Notes under the pieces: model-generated
What the model was told of the DNA's origin: nothing
The model's input: the letters and a program-made list of their open reading frames with translations, nothing else
Databases searched by the model: none
Made by a program: the position numbers and the translations under genes
From: an uncultured Planctomycetia bacterium
GTDB lineage: Bacteria; Omnitrophota; Gorgyraeia; Duberdicusellales; Duberdicusellaceae
Assembly: GCA_964634935.1 (NCBI GenBank)
Contig: CAZWJT010000005.1
Location: forward strand, 71,128-135,127
Length of the DNA: 64,000 nucleotides
Direction of reading: 5' to 3'
Part shown: positions 35,484 to 44,875 of the stretch, piece by piece
Layout: the number at the start of each line of letters is the position of its first letter
Numbering within the stretch: position 1 is the first letter of the stretch

Positions 35484-38400
35484 CTATTCAACAACATTCT
35501 GTCTGATGCGCTCCGGTTCCAAAAAATGAGAAAGTGAAGCGATTGGCTGAATCTGAACAATGAGAAAAGTGAATCCTTGAATATGCTCAAAGTGTTCACC
35601 AAGCTTATTCCCTAAAATGCTATTTTTCTGATTGAGCGATAACGATCTAAAATCAATACCGCCGGTATCGGAAGTTTGCCCTCTGCGTTCCTGGGAAATA
35701 ATCTTGCCTGAACTTAAGTTTTGGATAAAAGTATCGTATGCTTCTCGCACTACCCGACCATCATTCATCCGGTAAATAATCCACTTCATCGCGTTACGAC
35801 CATCTACCTCGGCGGAAACAATTGCGGCATAGTTAAAATTTTCGATTGCTTTTGCCATAGCATCGGCTGATTGTGCCGAAGTATACGTATCAGCGTATCC
35901 ATAAACCCTTTCTGAGTCGTCATGCCAAGGATGCGTAACAGCGGTCACACCCAAAGCAAATGTGATATCTGGTGGCCGCGAGGTCTGGTCGTGATTGATC
36001 TCAGCAGCCATAATCCGAACGTTCATCCCTCCCGGGGAAAGCGCAGTTTCCAGCTCAGAAAGATTGAAGTCTCGGGGCACAAAGAATACAATCTCATCTC
36101 CACCGTCTTGATTGATGATAACCGCTGACCCGCGAAGTCCAACTTCGCTTATGAAGTTTTCCTCGGGTATTGTCTGCCGTAGAATACCGATGAGCGTTTC
36201 CACCTTCTCTCGCATAGTACTTTTCACGAAATCATCTGCCTGAACCATCTCGTGAATAGCGACTTGCTCTTTATCCTGGACATCCTGGTCAATGACGGCA
36301 AGATAATTCTGATGGGCTTGAATGAGATTACCTTGAATCATCGCCCAAAAGCCTTTTACGTCAGCCGCCACTACTCTGCCTCCGTTCTGAGAAAGACGAT
36401 ATGCTTCACGATGAAATTGCTCAGATGAGGTGATGGTTCTGTTCTTTGGATTTGTTTCAATGAGAATAACTGCTTCTTGGAAAAGCGTAATATATTCACC
36501 AAATGTATCCGGAGGAGCCCTAGTCCGCAAAGCCTCCAAACCCTCGAGCACCCGTAGAATCCTCTGACTCTCCTGTTCAATATTGGCGCCAAGCCAGTTC
36601 TTAGGGTAGTCGAAAAGATCAAGAATATCCAAGTACTGCTTAAGCTGAAGCTGTGTACCTGCAAGGTGCGCATGAGCTTGCCCTCTTACCGCCTTCATCT
36701 TCTCTTCAGAAGGAGCCTCTTGAGGCCGCAAGCCCAAAGATTCACGCAGAGATTCAGCCTGCATAACGAATTGATCGAAAGTGTCCAGAGAAAAAATAGC
36801 TCCACGGATTTTATTGCCCAAATCACTGCTTATTTTAGCAATCTTTGCTGCCTGAAGTGCCTGAATATCAGCTAGAATGCGCGCCTGATTTGTAGGTTTT
36901 TTCACTGCCAAACTTACCCCATAGTTCGCCCTGAATTGAAAAGTACTGAGCGCTTCATAGTTCGAATATTCATCGTGAACAAAACGGTTCATTTCATGAG
37001 CAAGGTCCTGAATAACCCGCTCAAGTGCTTGGAGCAACAGTTCTGGATTACCCATAAACCTGCTCTCAAATACGGATTTTTTAATCACAAACTTGTCTTG
37101 CTTATAGTCAGAAGAAATTCTTTGCTCTTCGGAGCTGATAATCCCTGATTTCCGCAAGAGCTCAAGGAGAGTCATTTGGCGGTGTAATATAACCGCATCG
37201 TTTTCGGGCATACTGAGAATCTTATTGAGTAATTTTATGTCCTGCTGATTAAAAACCAATACGGAATCACCTTCTTGAACCTGCCGAATCAAAGCAACTA
37301 CCGGGTTTTGGGAAATTATCCTCTGGCTCATCTCCCCGAGCGTCTGAATATCCCCCTTGGTAAGTGGCCTGCGCATCATTAATGCTGAGAGGACATGGGT
37401 TACCCGAATCCCAAACTCATTGAATTTGTGGATACCAACAACAATACGATCAACAGCGCTTCTGCGTTGGGTATCTTTTCGTTGCTCATGCTCCACTCGC
37501 CTTTCTCCTGGCTTGACAGTGCTGCGTGGCTGTCGATGCCGCGCAAGAGTCTCAAATATGCTTTCAATATAGGTCTGGTAAATCCGGGCCAACTCTCTTC
37601 CTCTGTCGAATCTATCGAGCGGTAATTCGACCGTTCCGCGTACAATATCATCAAACACTCTGTGTGTTGCTTTTTGTTTACTCTGGGAAAACAACCAGTC
37701 AAAATAGGAATTGTCGTCTTCGTCCTCATGGAAAACCACAGCAGCCAAGTTTGCTTCTAGATCAGAAACATCGACTGTGGAAATGACCTCAGAGAACAAA
37801 GCAACATCTGCGCGCGCCTGAGCAGACATTGACAATCCCTCGACGATACGGTGCAGAACATAGAGCATAAACAAGTATTCGGGGGTTTGACGAACTTTCC
37901 CCTGGATAAGCTCAGTGAGATAGTGAAAATCTTCTCCAAAAAGTTGTTCCAACTGCCGAGGGTCAGCCGCTCTTAAAAAACTATCGATCGCTCCTTGCGC
38001 TTTCCCGGGCCACCGTTGAAGCATTTCTGCAACAAGTCGTTGCTCGGCAAGGTAAGTGCTTGAAACTTGACTTACAAGCCACTGAATTTCATCATCGATG
38101 CCGGCAAGAATCATTAATCCAGAGCTGGTTATATCTTTTCTTTCAAGGAGCATTTCCCGAATAGCTGGATTTGATCGGCACAGCTGTTCTGTGATCTGAC
38201 CAGCTTGGCGCTCAACAGTCGCCTCCTCAAAAATACTAAATAAGCCGACCAGCTGTCTATTCTTACTGCTATTGTCATATCGGCCTTGGCTGAACTGTTT
38301 ATGGAGCGCCTCGTGAATTAATGTTTTAGTGATTACCAGCGGATCTTCCAAATCGCTTGAAATAAGCACGATATAAGAAAAACCTCCCCGTCCATTGGGA

Positions 38401-41400
38401 ATACTGAGAATCATACCCTGCGCGGAAAAACCAAGAAGATCAGCCGCCCAAGAATCGCGAGAAACAAAAACTACTTGCTCTACGTCAAGCATATCTTCCG
38501 AATAACTGCGCAATACCTGATTAATAGCGTCAATTAAAAAAGCCTGTTTTTCCGATGCCATACGTACCGCCTGTGAATCAACGCCATGCAGAGCAGCAAG
38601 AAAACTGCGCACTCCACCATCCATATCCATTCTCTCTTGCACGCTGCTTACGATCATTTTTCTTTCGTCCAACAATTGTCGATGCCGATCCAGAGTATCC
38701 TGTAATGTCTTAATCACCCTCGGGTCTCCGTTATGCTTTTGTTCCCGGTTTAAATCTTTCTTGGTTCTTTCGATTGCAGAGGATAATCGGGAAAGATACC
38801 GGGCCAATATCCCATGGACATATTCTTTCTCGTGAGAAGAAACAGGATAAGAACCAAGCCTCTCTCCCCCGAGATCCTCCCGATCAACTCCTATACCCTG
38901 GCCCCACCCCAATCCTAAGGCTAACCCGACAAGCAAAGCCTGCCGGTTTGTAAAACCAAATTCTCTCTGCAAAACAGATAATTCTTCCTGAGGATCTTTT
39001 ATGCCAAAATTTTGAGGATGATCTCTCAGGCGCATTAAAGCAAGACGCATCCCGGCTGTAGACGGATCTTCACCAACCCGGCTCAGTATGTGCGCGGCAA
39101 TCGCACCCCAGTCGGTTAAGCCCGACTGCACCAAGGATAACTTTGTTGCGTTGAAATCCGACATAAGTTCCTGGATGAATCCCAATTCCCCGGAAATAAG
39201 CTTGCCTTGTACTTTTTGTTCTTTTGCGATAAGCAGGATGCTATCTTCTAAGGCCTGACGAGCTATTCCCATAGGCGATTGCTTTGTGATGTGCAAAAGC
39301 CTTCTTACTTGTGCCGGCGAAAGAATGATGCGCGCCTTCGGTAACGACCGGGTAAACATCAAGGAAACCTCTCGGTATACAGAAGGGCGCACGGAAGATT
39401 CTAAAATATCAAAAACATGGTCTACAAATCGTGGATGGCTACGAAAAATCCTGGGGAGCACTTTCGGCAGATGTATCGGTGACTGAGCCATCGCATGCAC
39501 AATAATCTTAGCTTCTCTTTTCCCGATGGGCACACTGTACATGACAAATATTTCTTCCAGTTTCTCGGCAATGACCGAACGAACAAAATCCGCAAATTGC
39601 CCTTTATGCCCGCTTATCTCTTTCAATTTATTTACAAGATACAAAAATTCTTTTTCCGGAGGATTATCAGAACGAATAACATCTTTCCGCTCCTGAATTG
39701 CTTGAGCCAAAGAAAGCAGCTTCATGTTTTGTGTCTCGCTCCGGATATATTGTGTCAAGAACCTATCGCTTTCACCAAAAACATACCGCTGAACTGCCCG
39801 CAAAAGATAATGGGGATTATTCTTGTCGCGTAAAGCGATTCTTAAAGATTCTCCATTGATTTTAATCCGAGCGATTTCCCTACCGCGGGCACTCATCACT
39901 ATTTCCCCGCTCACTGCATCGTTTTTATGAAAAATCCTCCCCATCCCCAGGGCGTTCAGAAAGGCAGGGAATGCTCCTCGAAAATGCAACGTAAGCAGAT
40001 TCGCTGCCACCAAATACTCAAAAAGCTCATGAAGATACGCGATAGTCTTTATATCCTGGGTTGCGGATCCGGTGGGAGCTAGGTTACCAAAGATTGCGAT
40101 AAAATTATTCTCGATTGAAACAAACCCGAATAAATCATCTACAAGAGAATCGAAGGTATACAGAGAAGGTCTCCGTTCCTCAGGAAGGTCGCGAAAAATA
40201 TTGAGAAGCGAAGTCAGTAAATCCTGCTTTTCTTTACTGAATCCGAAAAACTCAATATTCTGGATAATCCGCTCAAGATCAATCTTTCCTTTTTTACCCA
40301 ACGGGAGAACCTGCTCCTTGCCTGATTGGGTAATAAGCGTGATATTTTCTCCGGTAAAAATTTTAAACGCCTTCACGCGTTTCCCCATCTGCGGCAGCTT
40401 ATCCTCTGTTTGTTCATCAGCTCGACCAGAAGTAATCGGGGCGACATTAACCCGGACTACCGAAGCCTTACCGGGAATATTTGGCGGAACAGACGACGGA
40501 CGTAACATCTGTGGCATTTTGGTAAAATCAGCACCCCCGGAGTAATACCGACGCTTCACTGTCCGCCCAGTATGGTTGTCGTATTCGGATTTAATGTAGT
40601 TATAGATTCCCTTCTTGAATGCCTCGAGATACAGCTGATATATTTTTTCTTTTGCCGCGGTGTCTACAATATCGATCCCGGAAATCTTCTCTTTGTTGAT
40701 ATACCCGGTATAGACACTTTCTTTAAGTTTATTTTTGAACCAGACTGCCAGAATAAGCGAAGAATAAATTTGCCGGAGCCTGGCAAAATTCCTTCCAGAA
40801 TTGATCTCCTGTTCTATCTGAGGAAGAAGAATCTCGCGAACCATCCGGGATGAAATCCTATTCACCTGACTGATGGTTTGATCATTGAGAGAACTTTCGT
40901 GCTTAATGTAGCTTCGATTATTCTGCAAAGCTCGGTAATCTTCTTCCAGCATTGCCTTCAGCGAGGATTCACCGATGAGCGCCGTTGTCCCTTCCTCATA
41001 CACAGAAACTGAACCTGGAATAATCCAAATCTTGTTGAAGGTATTCACTGGGATATTTTCTGCTTGAATAACCCGGTAAATCTCTTGATATGTTTTTTTC
41101 CAGAAAGCTCGTCCTAATTCGGCCTCAGGATACGTAAGAGACGCTAAAAGTTGTTTTAACACATAGTCTTGCGAAAGTAGGTCTCTGCCTAAATCCGTTC
41201 CGCTGAGAGCGTGCGGCGCCACGCGATCTTGTTCGTATGGAGAAAGATTGACCCAAAGGTTCTCTTCGGGAATCGTAAGTCCGGCAAGAAAATACTTAAT
41301 CAACAGTTCAGCTTCTTCACGCAACATACCGCTCGAGGCGTCAGCAAGGTCATGCGAAGAAAGGATAAATTCAAGTTCGAACGGCTTGTCTGGATTGATC

Positions 41401-41603
41401 CGGATACCCGCCAGAGTGGGTAAAGAATAGTGTGCCGACATATCCACTAGAGTCGCGGGGCGCGGAACATCGATGGCTTCGGCAAATGAGTTTATCTGGT
41501 ATGAATGAAAGGCTCGCTGCGAAACAAATGTGCTGAAAACAAATATGCAGACAATTACCAGCCCCATTGCCCTGATTGAAGCATTTCCTTTTCTTCCGAC
41601 CAT
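35484..41603 (-). CDS. Giant protein (2,039 aa): N-terminal signal/anchor, long mostly helical body with an internal HExxH zincin-like motif, and a C-terminal GGDEF-like (GGDEI) domain
   Basis: Uninterrupted 6,120-nt ORF. The N-terminus 'MVGRKGNASIRAMGLVIVCIFVFSTFV' is a signal peptide or signal anchor. 'LIHEALHKQF' followed by 'FEEATVE' about 25 aa later lies at nt 38301..38315. The C-terminal ~180 aa align along their length with diguanylate cyclase domains: 'LAVIDQDVQD' vs DxD, 'NQDGGDEIVFFVP' vs RYGGEEFvvilP, 'ITFALGVTAV' vs tvSiGva, 'ADAMAKAIENFNYAAIV' vs AD.ALY.AK..GRN.v. Confidence 0.6.
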   Translation of the reverse strand: MVGRKGNASIRAMGLVIVCIFVFSTFVSQRAFHSYQINSFAEAIDVPRPATLVDMSAHYSLPTLAGIRINPDKPFELEFILSSHDLADASSGMLREEAELLIKYFLAGLTIPEENLWVNLSPYEQDRVAPHALSGTDLGRDLLSQDYVLKQLLASLTYPEAELGRAFWKKTYQEIYRVIQAENIPVNTFNKIWIIPGSVSVYEEGTTALIGESSLKAMLEEDYRALQNNRSYIKHESSLNDQTISQVNRISSRMVREILLPQIEQEINSGRNFARLRQIYSSLILAVWFKNKLKESVYTGYINKEKISGIDIVDTAAKEKIYQLYLEAFKKGIYNYIKSEYDNHTGRTVKRRYYSGGADFTKMPQMLRPSSVPPNIPGKASVVRVNVAPITSGRADEQTEDKLPQMGKRVKAFKIFTGENITLITQSGKEQVLPLGKKGKIDLERIIQNIEFFGFSKEKQDLLTSLLNIFRDLPEERRPSLYTFDSLVDDLFGFVSIENNFIAIFGNLAPTGSATQDIKTIAYLHELFEYLVAANLLTLHFRGAFPAFLNALGMGRIFHKNDAVSGEIVMSARGREIARIKINGESLRIALRDKNNPHYLLRAVQRYVFGESDRFLTQYIRSETQNMKLLSLAQAIQERKDVIRSDNPPEKEFLYLVNKLKEISGHKGQFADFVRSVIAEKLEEIFVMYSVPIGKREAKIIVHAMAQSPIHLPKVLPRIFRSHPRFVDHVFDILESSVRPSVYREVSLMFTRSLPKARIILSPAQVRRLLHITKQSPMGIARQALEDSILLIAKEQKVQGKLISGELGFIQELMSDFNATKLSLVQSGLTDWGAIAAHILSRVGEDPSTAGMRLALMRLRDHPQNFGIKDPQEELSVLQREFGFTNRQALLVGLALGLGWGQGIGVDREDLGGERLGSYPVSSHEKEYVHGILARYLSRLSSAIERTKKDLNREQKHNGDPRVIKTLQDTLDRHRQLLDERKMIVSSVQERMDMDGGVRSFLAALHGVDSQAVRMASEKQAFLIDAINQVLRSYSEDMLDVEQVVFVSRDSWAADLLGFSAQGMILSIPNGRGGFSYIVLISSDLEDPLVITKTLIHEALHKQFSQGRYDNSSKNRQLVGLFSIFEEATVERQAGQITEQLCRSNPAIREMLLERKDITSSGLMILAGIDDEIQWLVSQVSSTYLAEQRLVAEMLQRWPGKAQGAIDSFLRAADPRQLEQLFGEDFHYLTELIQGKVRQTPEYLFMLYVLHRIVEGLSMSAQARADVALFSEVISTVDVSDLEANLAAVVFHEDEDDNSYFDWLFSQSKQKATHRVFDDIVRGTVELPLDRFDRGRELARIYQTYIESIFETLARHRQPRSTVKPGERRVEHEQRKDTQRRSAVDRIVVGIHKFNEFGIRVTHVLSALMMRRPLTKGDIQTLGEMSQRIISQNPVVALIRQVQEGDSVLVFNQQDIKLLNKILSMPENDAVILHRQMTLLELLRKSGIISSEEQRISSDYKQDKFVIKKSVFESRFMGNPELLLQALERVIQDLAHEMNRFVHDEYSNYEALSTFQFRANYGVSLAVKKPTNQARILADIQALQAAKIAKISSDLGNKIRGAIFSLDTFDQFVMQAESLRESLGLRPQEAPSEEKMKAVRGQAHAHLAGTQLQLKQYLDILDLFDYPKNWLGANIEQESQRILRVLEGLEALRTRAPPDTFGEYITLFQEAVILIETNPKNRTITSSEQFHREAYRLSQNGGRVVAADVKGFWAMIQGNLIQAHQNYLAVIDQDVQDKEQVAIHEMVQADDFVKSTMREKVETLIGILRQTIPEENFISEVGLRGSAVIINQDGGDEIVFFVPRDFNLSELETALSPGGMNVRIMAAEINHDQTSRPPDITFALGVTAVTHPWHDDSERVYGYADTYTSAQSADAMAKAIENFNYAAIVSAEVDGRNAMKWIIYRMNDGRVVREAYDTFIQNLSSGKIISQERRGQTSDTGGIDFRSLSLNQKNSILGNKLGEHFEHIQGFTFLIVQIQPIASLSHFLEPERIRQNVVE

Positions 41604-41807
41604 CGTTTTAGAAATTTGTTATAAAATGTTTACCCCGGACGCCTCTTTTTTAGCTATAACCGTTTATACTATATATATAGGTACAGCCCAGGTATACCAT
41701 ATAGGAAGTGGTAAAAACTACTGTAATTGGAGGTATTTACAATAAGCCTGAAAGCGGTTTCAGAAAAGGAACGACCGAGGAATACAAAATAAAACAGATG
41801 GAAAAAT

Positions 41808-42923
41808 TTAAGGGTTGAATTGTTCGAGGACTAAAAGATGTTCTTTGGGATTTAACTTAACCGTGAAATGCTTCAGGAAACTCATTCCTAAGAGACCATC
41901 TTCTGGCATTGGTTCAGCTTGTTCTAAAACTGCAGCGAGAACATTGTTGACTTCGGCATCCCCAAGCTTAACATTCCTGAGAATGACCTGCTTTGCCTTC
42001 ACGGTTCTCCCGTCAGCAAGAATAGCCTGCATCTCTTCTTTTTCCTCCGCAAGATTAATGTTCAGTTTCTCGGCTAAGTCACGCGATAATAAAACCATTG
42101 CGGCTCCCGTATCCAAAACAAACCGTCCTCGAACCGAATGGTTCAGTAATACTTCGACGATAATACTTGCCCCTGTTTGATCATACACAACGACTTCCCG
42201 GTTAAAATCATTCTCCATCTTTTCAAGATGCTCTTTTGCCGATTCAAAAAATAACCTCATCTGGTTGTCAATCTGTTCATGCTTCAGTCCGGAAAACCGC
42301 TCCATAAGTTTTTTCCGAAACAGGGCAAGTTCATTTGTATAGTTAAAAATCTGTTTTTCGAATCGCTTTATTTTATCGTTCGATTCTGCGATTGTATACT
42401 CATGAATCCTCACCTGGGCGTTTAGGTTATTCATCTCAGTCACCAGATTATTATATAATTCAATGTTTTCTGCCGGATTTTTCACTGCCGCGACTTGCTC
42501 GCTTACTTCAATAAGGCGCTTCTTAAGCTCATCTGTTTTTTGCTCTAAGACTGAGAGGCTTCCCTGAGAATCATCTTTATCCTTTTTGGCCTCAACGGCA
42601 AGGGTGCGCGCCCGTTCAAGCTTACGAAACTCAGCAGCAAGATCCTTCAGTTTAAACGGAGTGTATTCCGGACGTGAAAAATATTTCTTTCTCCAGTTTC
42701 GTTCTAAACGCTCCTGAAGCACATACGGATATCTATCAATCCGTTCAACCTCTTCTTTCTTAATATGCATAGTGCCGCAACCAATATTCACAACAATTGC
42801 TTTTTCTGTTTCACGCTCGATAATCCCCTCAATCTGTCCTTTATTCGTAAGATAAACCATATCGGCAAAAACCTGGAACTGAAAATACCCCAAGAAAAAG
42901 AAGATTAAAAATAATCGGCCCAT
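41808..42923 (-). CDS. Signal-peptide protein with central coiled coil and C-terminal retropepsin-like (clan AA) aspartic protease domain
   Basis: 'RGRFVLDTGAAMVLLSRDLAEKL' contains the D-T-G-A catalytic motif, followed by 'LLGMSFLKHF', as in the bacterial retropepsin-like family. The N-terminus is hydrophobic ('MGRLFLIFFFLGYFQFQVFA'). Confidence 0.6.
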   Translation of the reverse strand: MGRLFLIFFFLGYFQFQVFADMVYLTNKGQIEGIIERETEKAIVVNIGCGTMHIKKEEVERIDRYPYVLQERLERNWRKKYFSRPEYTPFKLKDLAAEFRKLERARTLAVEAKKDKDDSQGSLSVLEQKTDELKKRLIEVSEQVAAVKNPAENIELYNNLVTEMNNLNAQVRIHEYTIAESNDKIKRFEKQIFNYTNELALFRKKLMERFSGLKHEQIDNQMRLFFESAKEHLEKMENDFNREVVVYDQTGASIIVEVLLNHSVRGRFVLDTGAAMVLLSRDLAEKLNINLAEEKEEMQAILADGRTVKAKQVILRNVKLGDAEVNNVLAAVLEQAEPMPEDGLLGMSFLKHFTVKLNPKEHLLVLEQFNP

Positions 42924-42954
42924 GGGTTCCTTTTTTCCTATTGATCTGAAATAC

Positions 42955-44868
42955 CTAGATTTCAGCGACTACCACCGTGACATCGTCATGTTGAATAGTA
43001 TTCCGCGAAAAAAACAATAAACGTTCCTTGAGCGAAAATGCCACATCTGCTGCCCGCAACCCGGAAAATGCATTGGCATAATCGAGAAAACGGTGAGGCC
43101 CAAATTCCTGTTGGGCTCTATTGCGCGCTTCCGTTACCCCATCGGTATAAAATATGAATTTGTCGCGGGGTGCGATGTTATCAAATGTATTGTCACGGTA
43201 TGCGTAGTTTTCTATAACACCGAGAGGAATACCGGAATCTAGAGAAAGATATTTACTTGAAAGTTTATTGGTATCGCAGTACACCGGACTGCTGTGGCCA
43301 GCAGACGCGCAAATACAAGTCCGTTTGGAAAAATCAAAAACAGCATACAGCGCAGTGACAAAACGACCTTTCAACCTCCCGGACAGTTCATGGTTTAAAA
43401 GAGTCAGTACTTTTGCCGGGGAAGACTCTTGTCTGGCGTAGATACGAAATAAAGAAAGCGTTTGCGCCATAATCAAAGATGCGGGCACTCCTTTACCGGC
43501 GACATCACCGATAAAAATTCCCGAGGCATGTTCGTTAAAAATAACAAAATCATAAAAATCACCGGCAACGAATTTTGCAGGTAGGAAAAATACTTCAACC
43601 TGGAATTGTTTTGAAGGAGCGTCTTCCAGGGGAAGAAATGAACTTTGGATTTCGCGCGCGACGACGAGTTCTTTTTCTAAGGCCCCCCTCCGGCGCACTT
43701 CTTGGGCAGCTTTCAGCAGCGCTGAACAAAAAAATAAAGCCGCAAGCGTGCTGGTTGGGGTAAAAACTAAAATCCACAACCCGGTAAACGCAAACAACAA
43801 AAATGCGAGCGTTGCGTAACCAAAAATGAGCAGAAAAAGGTACTGAATTCCCTTCCGTAATGAACAAGCTAAGAAAACAATCCAGCCTAGAAGAAGAAAC
43901 CCTGAACAAAGCAGAAAATTCCATACCTCGCCGATCTGGACAAGAAATTTTCCAGTCATCAGATTATGGAAGATGTTCGCCTGAAGCCCAACCAGAGGAT
44001 AAAGAACGCCAACCGGTGTAGGACGTAAATCGGAAGTGCCGACCGCGGTTAAACCGATAAAACAAACTTTGCCTTGCAGCTGCGTTAAATCAAAGCTTGG
44101 CTTCTTTCCTTTCAATACAGCTTGATGGCTCCGCAAAATCTCAAGATAGGAAGTGTGGGTAAAAGTACGCGTGAAATCCCCAGCGTAATTTACCAGAAAA
44201 GTGCCTTTATAAACCGGCACAGATATTTTACCATCTAAAAAGATTCTGTTCTGGCCGACAACAATCTTTTCCGGATTGGCCTGTAAAATATCACAAGCAA
44301 CTCTTGCTCCAAGCGGCAGATAGGTTTTCCGGCCTTGGGAGAGAAGAAAGGGAAGCCGACGTATTTTCCCGTCTCGATCAACTGAGACATTGATATGGCC
44401 GCTTGCCACTGCCGAAGAAGCAATTTTTTCTTCCGAAACCAGAGCGAATTCTGAAGATGATTGCGAAGATGAGGCTTTCTCCACCTGAAAAACAACCGGG
44501 AGATAAACATTTTTGGCTTTCTGAAAAGCAGAAATAAGTAAGTTGTCGTAGGCGGTTTTCTCAGAAAAAACCATGTCAAAAACAATGGCTTGAGCCTTAT
44601 AGTGCGAAAGAATATCTACAATGGAAGCGTGAAAATCACGGGGGATCGGCCATGAGCCGAGTTTTTTCAAGCTTTCTTCGGAAATCTCAACGAGAACGAC
44701 CCGGGAAGAAGAAACTCCTGGCGGACGGAGAGAAAAGAACCAATCAAAAATAAATAACTCATATTGCTCAAAAGGCCTGCAAAAAACAAGATATCCAACA
44801 ACAAGGATAAAAAAGATGCCAATAACGATATTGCGTACTGATTGGCTTAAAGACAGGAAAAGCTTCAT
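42955..44868 (-). CDS. CHASE2 extracytoplasmic sensor, TM region and PP2C/SpoIIE-family serine phosphatase
   Basis: N-terminal TM, then a ~300-aa periplasmic CHASE2-like region, four TM helices, and a C-terminal 'GDVAGKGVPASLIMAQ' and 'FYTDGVTEA' PP2C/SpoIIE core. Confidence 0.65.
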   Translation of the reverse strand: MKLFLSLSQSVRNIVIGIFFILVVGYLVFCRPFEQYELFIFDWFFSLRPPGVSSSRVVLVEISEESLKKLGSWPIPRDFHASIVDILSHYKAQAIVFDMVFSEKTAYDNLLISAFQKAKNVYLPVVFQVEKASSSQSSSEFALVSEEKIASSAVASGHINVSVDRDGKIRRLPFLLSQGRKTYLPLGARVACDILQANPEKIVVGQNRIFLDGKISVPVYKGTFLVNYAGDFTRTFTHTSYLEILRSHQAVLKGKKPSFDLTQLQGKVCFIGLTAVGTSDLRPTPVGVLYPLVGLQANIFHNLMTGKFLVQIGEVWNFLLCSGFLLLGWIVFLACSLRKGIQYLFLLIFGYATLAFLLFAFTGLWILVFTPTSTLAALFFCSALLKAAQEVRRRGALEKELVVAREIQSSFLPLEDAPSKQFQVEVFFLPAKFVAGDFYDFVIFNEHASGIFIGDVAGKGVPASLIMAQTLSLFRIYARQESSPAKVLTLLNHELSGRLKGRFVTALYAVFDFSKRTCICASAGHSSPVYCDTNKLSSKYLSLDSGIPLGVIENYAYRDNTFDNIAPRDKFIFYTDGVTEARNRAQQEFGPHRFLDYANAFSGLRAADVAFSLKERLLFFSRNTIQHDDVTVVVAEI

Positions 44869-44875
44869 CGCATCT

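Noticed and set aside
35484-41603. Possibility that the 6.1-kb ORF is an assembly fusion or a pseudogene
   Set aside because: There are no in-frame stops over 2,039 codons. Coding-like composition runs throughout, and the coherent C-terminal domain is in frame with the N-terminal signal sequence. I treated it as a genuine giant gene.
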